In this document: piece after piece, positions 28,252 to 37,120 of the stretch | How positions within the stretch are numbered: position 1 is the stretch's first letter | Layout: the number at the start of each line of letters is the position of its first letter | Assembly: GCA_963730995.1 (NCBI GenBank) | Contig: CAVSUB010000004.1 | Location: 552,900-616,899, forward strand | Source of the DNA: an uncultured Acidobacteriota bacterium | Lineage (GTDB): Bacteria; Acidobacteriota; Vicinamibacteria; Vicinamibacterales; 2-12-FULL-66-21 | Direction of reading: 5' to 3' | DNA: 64,000 bases | The notes under the pieces: model-generated | Told to the model about the DNA's origin: nothing | The model's database searches: none | What the model saw: the letters and a program-made list of their open reading frames with translations, nothing else | Translations under genes and position numbers: made by a program

Positions 28252-29208
28252 CTAAGCCATCGCCGAACGCACGGTCGCCCGGATCTTTTCCATCGCCGTC
28301 TTGAGGTTCTCGTCCGCGCTGTGGGTCCAGTATTCCTTGTTGAACAGCTCGAGCGAGAAGTAGCCGCGAAATCCGTTGTCTCGCATGTCGCGGAGGATCT
28401 GGCGCAGCGGCGCAACCCCGTCGCCCGGGTAGACGCGATTGCCGTCGTTGAGCGTGGACGAATCGGCCGCCTGCGGATAGTCGTTGAGGTGCATCACGTG
28501 CAGCGAGGCGCCGTTGATCTGCTTGAGCGCCGTGAAGGGCGTCCCGCTCTTGTAGAGATGAAACACGTCGAGCAGCAGGCTGGCGTCGGCGCGTCCGGCC
28601 GCGACGGTCACGTAGATGCCGTGTGACAGTGGCCCGAGCACCGGATGGGTCCCCCAGAGCTCGAGCAGCGGCGACACGCCCATCTTCTCGCCCAGTTCGA
28701 GCGCCTCGCGGTAGTACTTCGCGGCGTTGTCCAGGGTGACGGCGGCGCGACTGTTGCCAGGCGGGGCCGCGATTCGCTTGCCGTCGATCTGCGCCACCTT
28801 GTCCATGTCTGCCTTCAGCTTCTCCATCGACGCCGCGCGCCGAGCGTCATCGTCGTCGAGAATCGAGTTGAAGGCGATGGCATCCTCGACGGTGAGGCCG
28901 GCGTCGGCGATGCGTTTGCCCAGATCCTTGAGCGTGCCTCCCTTGGCCGTGTAGGCGTCGAGTTCCGTGATCCAGGGCTCGATCGCGTGGAACCCGGCCT
29001 TCGACGCGGCGTCAATGACGCCGGCGATATCGAGATTGTTGCCGCGGATCGTGCTCGTGTTCAGGCAATAGCCGAAGGGCTCATTCGCCGGGCGCGCGCG
29101 CGGGGCAGCGGCCTTTGGCGCCTGGGCCTCAACGGCTGGAGGGGATACGACTCCGGCGCTGAACGCCGCCGCGGCGGTCCCGAGTACTTCTCGACGTGAG
29201 AATTCCAT
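28252..29208 (-). CDS. Tat-exported sugar phosphate isomerase/epimerase (xylose-isomerase-like TIM barrel)
   Basis: The start MEFSRREVLGTAAAAFSAG is a Tat-like signal. The family blocks GFHAIEPW, LLELWG and HVMHLNDYP are present. Confidence 0.7.
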   Translation of the reverse strand: MEFSRREVLGTAAAAFSAGVVSPPAVEAQAPKAAAPRARPANEPFGYCLNTSTIRGNNLDIAGVIDAASKAGFHAIEPWITELDAYTAKGGTLKDLGKRIADAGLTVEDAIAFNSILDDDDARRAASMEKLKADMDKVAQIDGKRIAAPPGNSRAAVTLDNAAKYYREALELGEKMGVSPLLELWGTHPVLGPLSHGIYVTVAAGRADASLLLDVFHLYKSGTPFTALKQINGASLHVMHLNDYPQAADSSTLNDGNRVYPGDGVAPLRQILRDMRDNGFRGYFSLELFNKEYWTHSADENLKTAMEKIRATVRSAMA

Positions 29209-29230
29209 TTCGCGAATCACCTCCGCTCCG

Positions 29231-30997
29231 TCATTTCGTCGTTTTCGCCGGCAGCAGGCCCTTCTCGACGAGGACAGGCGGACGACGATGTCTCGTCGCC
29301 TGCTCGTAGGCATAGGCATAGCCCAGGAGATCGCCGTCCTGCCACGGGCGTGCGGAGATCTCGAGCCCGAACGGCAGCCCCGTGGCGTAGAAGCCAGCCG
29401 GGACCACTATGGCCGGCACGCCGATCATGTTCACCCAGCTGGTGTCGCTGTGCGGACCGCTGCTCAAGCGGCCGCTCTGCGGCATCGTTTCGTCGGGCGG
29501 GGGCATCTGCGTGGCAGGGTAGACGAGGCCGTCGAGGCGCAGCCGCTCGAAGACTTCGGCGTAGGCATCGAGCGCCTTTCGCCGCGGTGCGTGGTAGTTC
29601 GCCTCTGCCTCCGGGTCCGTTTCGAGCTTCCGTTGGACCACGGCGGTCTGTCGCTCGCCATCGACGCCGGATCCGGCGTCGCCCGTGATGACCGGCGGAA
29701 GCGCCGAACCGACAACCTTCTGATACTCGGCGGCCGAGTGATATTGCGCGGGACCGAAGCGCTGCAGGAACGCTTCGGTTCCCTCCGCGATATACGGGCG
29801 TGTGTAGATGCCAGCGGCGATATCGGTGAAGCTGTCCGGCAGAATCGAATCGTCGAAGATCACGGTGGCGCCGGCTGCGCGCAGCCCCTCGATCGCTTTC
29901 ATGAACGCTTCGCGCGTCTCCGGTTGCAGCGGCACTTCCTCGTCACGTCTTCTCTGCGCGGCGGCCTGCGCGGAGCCCGATGAGGCCGCGCCATGAAAGG
30001 GCACGCCGGTTCCGCGCATGATGAACGCCGGCACCCCGAAGCGTTTGCCCTTGAGGGCGTCGGCCTTCAAGTAAGAGATGTACGGACCCGGCTGCGCCTT
30101 CCCTGCGGCATCGGCCGTTCGGGGATCCAGAGGATCGGCTCCGGCCATCACGTTGAGCGCGATAGCGGCGTCGGTGACGGTTCGCGCGATTGGCCCGGTG
30201 TTGTCGAGGAGCCAATCGAGCGGGGCGATGCCGGCGATGCTGACCAACCCGCGCGTCGGAAACACGCCCACCACCGCGCTCGTCGCGGACGGCATTCGAA
30301 TGGAGTTGCCGGTGTCGGTGCCGGTGCCGAGCATCGCGAGGTTGGCCGTCACGGCCGTCACGGTGCCGCCGGACGATCCACCAGGACTGAAGCGCACGTC
30401 GTACGCGTTGCCCGTTCGGCCGAAGGCGCTGCTGCGGTTTGTGTCGCTTGCAGCAAAGTCGGGCATGTTCGTCTGGCCGATGATCACGGCCCCGGCGGCT
30501 TTCAGCTTGCTGACGACCGTCGCATCGGCCGGCGCGACGAGCTCATGGCCCGGGATCCTGTAGCCCTTCCATCCGTCGCTCGTGACGAGGCCCTCGACGC
30601 TGGTGTTCGCTTTGATGACGATCGGTACGCCCCACATCGGCGCGGGCTTGAAGTCGCTTCCGCCAGCACGGGCCTCGGCGTCCTCCCGCGCAGCGATCTT
30701 CAAGGCGCCAGGCCCGTCGACATACTCGATCGCGCGGTAGATGCCGTTGTACCTTTCAATCCGGGCGAGGTACCACTGCACGACGTCCGTGACCGTGTAT
30801 TTGTGCGTGGCATACAGCCGGTGAAGCTCTTGGATGCTGATTTCGAGGAGATCACGATCTATCGCCGGCTGCGCTTCGTTGATGGTTGTGGGGACCGCTG
30901 CGGTTGGAGTGCGTGTCTGAGCGGAGAACGGTCGCAGAAAAAGCCCGACACTGGCGATCGTCAACAGAACCAGTCGTGCGCACGGTCTGGAGCTCAC
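29231..30997 (-). CDS. amidase (amidase-signature family), secreted
   Basis: GGSSGGTVTAVTANLAMLGTGTDTGNSIRMPSA is the amidase signature. A GTG start at 30997 gives the signal peptide VSSRPCARLVLLTIASVGLF. The ORF upstream of that point looks non-coding. Confidence 0.8.
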   Translation of the reverse strand: MSSRPCARLVLLTIASVGLFLRPFSAQTRTPTAAVPTTINEAQPAIDRDLLEISIQELHRLYATHKYTVTDVVQWYLARIERYNGIYRAIEYVDGPGALKIAAREDAEARAGGSDFKPAPMWGVPIVIKANTSVEGLVTSDGWKGYRIPGHELVAPADATVVSKLKAAGAVIIGQTNMPDFAASDTNRSSAFGRTGNAYDVRFSPGGSSGGTVTAVTANLAMLGTGTDTGNSIRMPSATSAVVGVFPTRGLVSIAGIAPLDWLLDNTGPIARTVTDAAIALNVMAGADPLDPRTADAAGKAQPGPYISYLKADALKGKRFGVPAFIMRGTGVPFHGAASSGSAQAAAQRRRDEEVPLQPETREAFMKAIEGLRAAGATVIFDDSILPDSFTDIAAGIYTRPYIAEGTEAFLQRFGPAQYHSAAEYQKVVGSALPPVITGDAGSGVDGERQTAVVQRKLETDPEAEANYHAPRRKALDAYAEVFERLRLDGLVYPATQMPPPDETMPQSGRLSSGPHSDTSWVNMIGVPAIVVPAGFYATGLPFGLEISARPWQDGDLLGYAYAYEQATRHRRPPVLVEKGLLPAKTTK

Positions 30998-31129
30998 GGC
31001 GCGACGATTATGGCATGGCGGCAGTCGAGGTGGCTCACCGGGGGCGCCAGATGCGCCCTGGACTTGTTCGAGTCGGGGGAATCTCGATCGCCTCGTTACA
31101 AAAGAATCACACGCATCACGTACTGTCTC

Positions 31130-31489
31130 ACGCTTGAATCGCAGTGGACTACGTCCGAGCGCGACGAGTTCGATCTCATTACGAGCGTGGGGTGGGCCCG
31201 GAAACTCTCTCGCGGCGTGTCGCTGGGCGTTGAAGCCATCGGCGAAGACCTCGAGGGTTTCTGGGACTCGCAAGAGGCTGGGGGGGGTGCCCGGTTGCTC
31301 GCCGGCCCGAGCATCCACGTCGCGCCTGCGGGGCGACGGTGGCAGTTCACGGCGACCGGTGGTCCTGTCTTCCACTCGTCGGACACGGGACGCACCAGCA
31401 GCGCTCTCCGTGATCTTCCGCCCGACACTGCCCGTACGAGCTACGCGCTCAAAGCCTCACTGTCAATCGCGCTGACGTCCGAGAGATGA
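31130..31489 (+). pseudogene. possible C-terminal fragment of an unidentified beta-strand-rich protein
   Basis: The tail of ORF 29993..31489 reads WTTSERDEFDLITSVGWARKLSRGVSLGVEAIGEDLEGFWD...WQFTATGGPVFHSS. There is no credible start or N-terminus. Confidence 0.2.
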
Positions 31490-31565
31490 CGCTGAGCCAC
31501 GGAGAATCACGCGAGTCGAGCGAAGTTCGCGAGCGCCACGCGCCCGGCTGGAGTAACCTGACACC

Positions 31566-33995
31566 GTGACCGAAGGCATTGACGATCGGCGTCCCCTCTC
31601 GAGCGATGAGCTGCAGAAGATCGATGCGTATTGGCGCGCAGCGAACTATCTCTCCGTCGGCCAGATCTACCTCTACGACAATCCCCTGCTGAGACAGCCG
31701 CTCACGCGCGAGCACATCAAGCCGCGACTATTGGGCCATTGGGGTACGACCCCCGGTCTCAATTTCATCTACGTCCACCTGAATCGGATCATCCGCAAGT
31801 TCAACCTTTCGATGATGTACATCGCCGGTCCAGGGCACGGCGGACCCGCACTCGTCGCCAACACGTATCTGGAAGGTACGTACAGTGAGGTCTATCCGTC
31901 CGTCTCGCAGGACGAAGCGGGCATGAAACGCCTCTTCACGCAGTTTTCGTTTCCGCTGGGGATTCCGAGTCACGTCGCGCCGGAAACGCCAGGATCGATC
32001 CACGAAGGCGGCGAGCTGGGGTACTCGCTCTCTCATGCCTACGGCGCCGCCTTCGACAATCCGGACCTGCTCGTCGCATGCGTGATCGGCGATGGCGAGG
32101 CGGAGACGGGCCCGCTTGCGACCAGCTGGCACTCGAACAAGTTTCTCAACCCGGCGACCGACGGCGCCGTGCTGCCGATCCTCCACTTGAACGGGTACAA
32201 GATCGCGAACCCGACGGTGCTCGCGCGAATCAGCCGCGACGAGCTCTTCGACCTGCTGTCTGGATACGGCTACACGCCGCACTTCGTCGAAGGCGATGAG
32301 CCAGCGGCGATGCACGAGCGCATGGCGGCGACGCTCGACAGAGTTGTCGAGACCATCCAGCGTGTGCAGACGCAGGCACGCGCCGGCATCGCCACCGAGC
32401 GGCCGCTCTGGCCCATGATCGTCCTCCGCTCGCCGAAAGGATGGACGGGTCCCAAGGAAGTCGACGGGAGGAAAACAGAAGGATCCTGGCGAAGCCATCA
32501 GGTGCCGATGGGGGAGATGCACGAGAACCCCGAGCACGTGAAGCTTCTCGAACGCTGGATGAAGAGCTATCGGCCCGAGGAGCTCTTCGACGCCGAAGGG
32601 CGGCTGCGTTCGGAGCTCGCGGAACTTGCGCCGAAGGGCACGTCCCGAATGAGCGCTACTCCGCACGCAAACGGTGGCCTCCTGCTGAAGGATCTGAAGC
32701 TGCCTGATTTTCGGGATTCCGCCGTCGCGGTTCCACGTCCAGGAGCCGTCGATGTCGAGGCCACCCGCGTGATGGGCGCGTTTCTTCGGGGCGTCATGAG
32801 CAGCAACCTCGAATCGCGCAATCTTCGCCTGTTCAGCCCGGACGAGTTCAATTCCAATCGCTGGCAGGACGTGCTTTCGGTGACAGACCGGGCGTGGGAC
32901 GCGGCTCGCGTTGCAGACGATGAGCACCTGGCGCCGACGGGACGCGTAATGGAGATGCTGTCCGAGCACCAGTGCCAGGGCTGGCTCGAAGGCTATCTTC
33001 TGACCGGCAGGCACGGCTTCTTTTCATGTTACGAGGCCTTCATCCACATCGTGGACTCGATGGTCAATCAGCACGCGAAGTGGCTGAAGGTCTGCGCGGA
33101 CATTCCCTGGCGCAAGCCGATCGCGTCGCTCAACTACCTGCTCTCGAGCCATGTCTGGCGTCAGGATCACAACGGCTTCAGCCACCAGGACCCCGGCTTC
33201 CTCGACCACATCGTGAACAAGAAGGCGTCGGTGGTGCGCGTGTACCTGCCGCCGGACGCGAATACGCTGCTGAGCGTGACCGACCATTGCCTTCGCAGCC
33301 GCAACTACATCAACGTCATCGTGGCGGGCAAGCAACCGGCGCCGCAGTGGCTCACCATGGACGAGGCCATCCAGCACTGCACCGCGGGGCTGGGCCGCTG
33401 GTCGTGGGCCAGCAACGACGAAGGCGGTGAGCCGGACGTGGTCATGGCCTGCTGCGGAGATGTCCCCACGCTCGAGACGCTCGCGGCGATCACGCTCCTG
33501 CGCGAGCACATTCCACACTTGAGGGTTCGGGCGATCAATGTTGTCGATCTGATGAAACTGCAACCTTCCGAAGAGCATCCCCACGGGTTGTCGGACGACG
33601 CATTCGACGCCCTGTTCACACGCGACAGGCCGATCATCTTTGCGTTCCACGGCTATCCAACACTCATCCATCGGCTCACGTATCGGCGGACGAACCACTC
33701 CAAGCTGCACGTTCGTGGCTATAAGGAAGAGGGCACGACGACCACGCCCTTCGACATGGTCGTTCGGAATGACATGGACCGCTTCCATCTGGTGATGGAC
33801 GTGATCCATCGCGTACCCGGCCTGGCCAGGAGCGCCGGGCACGTGAAGCAGCTCATGCTGGAGCGCCTCGAGGAGCACACCCACTACATCGGCAGGTACG
33901 GCCGGGACGTGCCCGACATCCAGAACTGGCGCTGGGGCGGGGCGGTCGACGCCGCGCAGCAGGGATCGCGATCGGAGACAGCGGCGGACTTCTAG
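31566..33995 (+). CDS. xfp: xylulose-5-P/fructose-6-P phosphoketolase
   Basis: [37 protein letters not shown] and [15 protein letters not shown]. The 809-aa length is typical. Confidence 0.95.
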   Translation: MTEGIDDRRPLSSDELQKIDAYWRAANYLSVGQIYLYDNPLLRQPLTREHIKPRLLGHWGTTPGLNFIYVHLNRIIRKFNLSMMYIAGPGHGGPALVANTYLEGTYSEVYPSVSQDEAGMKRLFTQFSFPLGIPSHVAPETPGSIHEGGELGYSLSHAYGAAFDNPDLLVACVIGDGEAETGPLATSWHSNKFLNPATDGAVLPILHLNGYKIANPTVLARISRDELFDLLSGYGYTPHFVEGDEPAAMHERMAATLDRVVETIQRVQTQARAGIATERPLWPMIVLRSPKGWTGPKEVDGRKTEGSWRSHQVPMGEMHENPEHVKLLERWMKSYRPEELFDAEGRLRSELAELAPKGTSRMSATPHANGGLLLKDLKLPDFRDSAVAVPRPGAVDVEATRVMGAFLRGVMSSNLESRNLRLFSPDEFNSNRWQDVLSVTDRAWDAARVADDEHLAPTGRVMEMLSEHQCQGWLEGYLLTGRHGFFSCYEAFIHIVDSMVNQHAKWLKVCADIPWRKPIASLNYLLSSHVWRQDHNGFSHQDPGFLDHIVNKKASVVRVYLPPDANTLLSVTDHCLRSRNYINVIVAGKQPAPQWLTMDEAIQHCTAGLGRWSWASNDEGGEPDVVMACCGDVPTLETLAAITLLREHIPHLRVRAINVVDLMKLQPSEEHPHGLSDDAFDALFTRDRPIIFAFHGYPTLIHRLTYRRTNHSKLHVRGYKEEGTTTTPFDMVVRNDMDRFHLVMDVIHRVPGLARSAGHVKQLMLERLEEHTHYIGRYGRDVPDIQNWRWGGAVDAAQQGSRSETAADF

Positions 33996-34080
33996 TAGGA
34001 AATAACGCCTGAATCAGTAGCAGCCGCTCCGTTGTCGCGACTGCGAAATCAGGGCCGAACCGCAGGACGGCACGCTACAA

Positions 34081-34136
34081 GCTGCCAGCTGAGAGCTGAC
34101 GGCTGAAAGCTGAAGGCTGAGAGCTGAGAGCTAACT
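34081..34136. repeat. 8 x 7-bp tandem array GCTGARR
   Basis: The units gctgcca gctgaga gctgacg gctgaaa gctgaag gctgaga gctgaga gctaact sit immediately before the pgm ribosome-binding site. Confidence 0.9.
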
Positions 34137-34149
34137 GAAGAGAGGATGA

Positions 34150-35787
34150 ATGCCGCACGCGCTCGCGGGCCAGGGGGCCCCCTCCGGAACGCTGATCGAT
34201 GTCCGTGCGCTCGAGCGTGAATTCTTCGAGCGGGTGCCTGACCCGGGGGACATCCGTCAACGCGTCGCGTTCGGCACCAGCGGCCACAGGGGGACGCCGC
34301 TCGATGGGAGTTTCACCGCGGCGCACATCGCGGCGATCACCCAGGCCATCTGCGAGTATCGACGGCAGAACGGCATCGACGGTCCGCTCTACATCGGCAA
34401 GGACACGCACGCGCTGTCCACGCCAGCCCAGGAAACCGCTCTCGAAGTGCTCGCCGCGAATGGCGTGCAGACGATCGTCCAGCAGCACGACGGCTTCACG
34501 CCGACGCCGGTCGTCTCCCGGGCGATCCTCGCGTGGAATCAGCGGACGGGCGATCGGTCGGCGGATGGAATCGTCGTCACGCCGTCGCACAACCCGCCGG
34601 AGGATGGCGGATTCAAGTACAACCCTCCGCACGGCGGTCCTGCCGATACCGGCGTGACCCGCTGGATCCAGGACCGTGCGAACGAGCTGCTGCTGGCGAA
34701 GAATGCCGGAGTCAAGAGGGTCACAGGGGCCGTCACGAACGCGCCCGGTATCCATCCGGAAGATTTCGTCCAGCCGTACGTCGACGACCTCCAGAACGTC
34801 GTCGACCTCGAAGCGATCCGGGACTCAGGCGTGACGATTGGAGTCGATCCCCTGGGCGGGGCCTCACTCGCGTACTGGGAGGCGATTGCCGACCGCTACC
34901 GGCTGAACCTCACCATCGTGAACCGGAAGATCGACCCCACCTTCGGTTTCATGACGCTCGATCACGACGGACGAATCCGCATGGATTGCTCGAGCCCTTA
35001 CGCGATGGCCAGCCTGGTCGCGCTTCGCGAGCAGTATCAGGTGGCGCTCGGCAACGACCCGGATGCGGACAGACACGGCATCGTGACGCCGTCCGCGGGG
35101 CTCATGAACCCGAACCACTTTCTTGCCGTCGCGATCGAGTACCTGGTGGCGAATCGCCCCTTGTGGTCGCCGTCGGTCACTGTCGGCAAGACTGTGGTCA
35201 GCAGCACCATGATCGATCGCGTCGTCAACGGATCCGGACGGCGCCTTTCGGAAGTGCCCGTCGGATTCAAGTGGTTCGCGCCAGGCCTGTTCGACGGCAG
35301 CCTGTGCTTCGGCGGCGAAGAAAGCGCCGGGGCGAGCTTCCTGCGGAAGAACGGCGCTGTCTGGACGACGGACAAGGACGGCTTGATCATGGGACTGCTC
35401 GCGGCGGAGATCGTGGCGCGCACCGGCGAAGATCCCGGGATCCGCTACAGGAAAGTGGAGCAGCGCTTCGGCGCTTTTCACTACACGAGAATCGACGCTC
35501 CAGCGACACCCGAACAGAAAGCAAGGCTCCAGAAGCTGTCGCCGGAGGACGTGCGCGCGACCAGCCTTGCCGGCGAGTCGATCGAGGCGAGGCTGACGCG
35601 CGCGCCTTGGAACGATGAACCGATCGGCGGTCTCAAGGTCGTGGCGCGAAGCGGATGGTTCGCGGCAAGACCTTCGGGAACGGAGAACGTGTACAAGATT
35701 TACGCGGAGAGCTTTCGCAGCGCGTCGCACCTGGCCGATATCGTGTCCGAGGCGCAGACCATCGTCTACGGCGCGCTTGCCGTCTGA
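34150..35787 (+). CDS. pgm: phosphoglucomutase (alpha-D-glucose phosphate-specific)
   Basis: The active-site block [15 protein letters not shown] is present. The 545-aa protein is colinear with Pgm. Confidence 0.9.
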   Translation: MPHALAGQGAPSGTLIDVRALEREFFERVPDPGDIRQRVAFGTSGHRGTPLDGSFTAAHIAAITQAICEYRRQNGIDGPLYIGKDTHALSTPAQETALEVLAANGVQTIVQQHDGFTPTPVVSRAILAWNQRTGDRSADGIVVTPSHNPPEDGGFKYNPPHGGPADTGVTRWIQDRANELLLAKNAGVKRVTGAVTNAPGIHPEDFVQPYVDDLQNVVDLEAIRDSGVTIGVDPLGGASLAYWEAIADRYRLNLTIVNRKIDPTFGFMTLDHDGRIRMDCSSPYAMASLVALREQYQVALGNDPDADRHGIVTPSAGLMNPNHFLAVAIEYLVANRPLWSPSVTVGKTVVSSTMIDRVVNGSGRRLSEVPVGFKWFAPGLFDGSLCFGGEESAGASFLRKNGAVWTTDKDGLIMGLLAAEIVARTGEDPGIRYRKVEQRFGAFHYTRIDAPATPEQKARLQKLSPEDVRATSLAGESIEARLTRAPWNDEPIGGLKVVARSGWFAARPSGTENVYKIYAESFRSASHLADIVSEAQTIVYGALAV

Positions 35788-35804
35788 CCATCGTCCAGGG
35801 TCCG

Positions 35805-36920
35805 ATGCGGTTGCTGATATTGAACGCGGGGTCGAGCAGCCTGAAGTACAGCGTCATCGACGCCGTCGATGAGCAGGTCTGGATGCAGGGCCAGAGCAGC
35901 GAGGGGCAGAGCGTCCGCGCGGTCGTCGATGAAGTGCGGTCGCGATGGTCCCTGCAGCCGATGGGTGGAATCGAAGGGGTCGTGCATCGGGTGGTGCACG
36001 GCGGCACGCGTTTCACCCAGGCCGTCCGGGTCACTCCCGAAGTCCGCAGCGGCCTGAACGAGCTGAACGAGCTCGCGCCTCTTCACAACCCGCCCAGTCT
36101 CGCGATCATCGACGCCGCAATGGCGCTGTTACCGGGTGTCCCACACGTAGCCGTGTTCGACACGGCCTTCCACGCGACGCTGCCTCCCGAGGCGTTCACC
36201 TATGCGTTGCCGGGCGAGTGGACGGCGCGCTGGGGGCTTCGGCGGTTCGGCTTCCACGGCTTGAGTCACGCCTACGGAGCTGAGCGCGCCGTGCAGATGC
36301 TGAACCGTCCCGCGGATGGCGCGCGGGTGATCGTCGCGCATCTGGGCAGCGGCGCGTCCGTCACCGCAATCCGGGACGGCCGCTCCATCGACACGTCCAT
36401 GGGCTTGACGCCGCTCGAAGGACTCATGATGGGCACCCGAAGCGGTTCCGTCGACCCTGGACTTCTCCTGCACCTTCAGCTCCGTTGCGGAGTTTCTGCA
36501 GGAGCGCTGGAACACGCACTGAATCACTCGTCCGGGCTGCTCGGCGTGTCGGGCGTGTCGGCGGACATGCGAGAAGTCGCGGAGGCTTCACACGGAGGAG
36601 ACTCGAGGGCGTCGCTGGCGATGGCCATCTTTGCCCATCGCGCGCGTCAGGCGATCGGCGCGTCGGCCGCCACATTGGGAGGGGTCGACGCCCTCGTGTT
36701 CACCGGCGGCATCGGCGAGCACAGCGGAGAGGTCCGCGCCGCTGTCTGCGACGGCCTGGCGTGCGTCGGACTCGACATCGACCTGGACGCGAACGCGAGC
36801 GCCCAGCCCGACGCTCTTATCTCGACTACCGCGTCGCGCGCCGCGATCCTCGTCATAACGGCACGCGAAGATCTGATGATGGCTCGTGCCGCGCGCGCCT
36901 CACTTGCGTGTGGCACGTAG
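35805..36920 (+). CDS. ackA: acetate kinase
   Basis: The start MRLLILNAGSSSLKYSVID at 35805 lies inside ORF 35655..36920. The blocks HRVVHGG, NPPSL and FDTAFH are present. Confidence 0.9.
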   Translation: MRLLILNAGSSSLKYSVIDAVDEQVWMQGQSSEGQSVRAVVDEVRSRWSLQPMGGIEGVVHRVVHGGTRFTQAVRVTPEVRSGLNELNELAPLHNPPSLAIIDAAMALLPGVPHVAVFDTAFHATLPPEAFTYALPGEWTARWGLRRFGFHGLSHAYGAERAVQMLNRPADGARVIVAHLGSGASVTAIRDGRSIDTSMGLTPLEGLMMGTRSGSVDPGLLLHLQLRCGVSAGALEHALNHSSGLLGVSGVSADMREVAEASHGGDSRASLAMAIFAHRARQAIGASAATLGGVDALVFTGGIGEHSGEVRAAVCDGLACVGLDIDLDANASAQPDALISTTASRAAILVITAREDLMMARAARASLACGT

Positions 36921-36946
36921 GGCCGGGCCGTCAGGCCCGGCCACGC
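36914..36946 (+). repeat. REP-like palindrome, GTAG-headed (copy C), contains the ackA stop codon
   Basis: CACGTAGGGCCGGGCCGTCAGGCCCGGCCACGC. The TAG of the GTAG head (36918-36920) is the ackA stop codon. Confidence 0.7.
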
Positions 36947-36970
36947 GGGATTAGACTGGCGTCAATGGAA

Positions 36971-37079
36971 GCTCTCAGCTCTCAGCTCTCAGCTCTCAGC
37001 TTTCAGCTTTCAGCTTTCAGCTGTGCGCTCAGTCGTAACCACCGATCGGCTGAGAGCTGATAGCTGATAGCTGACAGCT
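36971..37079. repeat. inverted pair of heptamer arrays: (GCTCTCA)x4 (GCTTTCA)x3 ... (GCTGAGA/GCTGATA/GCTGACA)x4
   Basis: The left array is 36971-37023 and the right array is 37048-37079, in complementary orientation. Together they can form a long imperfect hairpin between ackA and the next gene. Confidence 0.9.
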
Positions 37080-37120
37080 ACACCACCACACATCTGCTAG
37101 TCTTAGCGCCGGAGACGCTC

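Noticed and set aside
29993-31489. 498-aa plus-strand ORF
   Set aside because: It is mostly antisense to the amidase. Only its last ~120 codons, outside the amidase, look coding, and those are reported separately at low confidence.
34081-37079. Tandem short-repeat arrays considered as CRISPR
   Set aside because: The units are 7 bp (15 bp at 2137) and directly abutting, with no unique spacers. No cas genes are nearby. No CRISPR array is present in the window.
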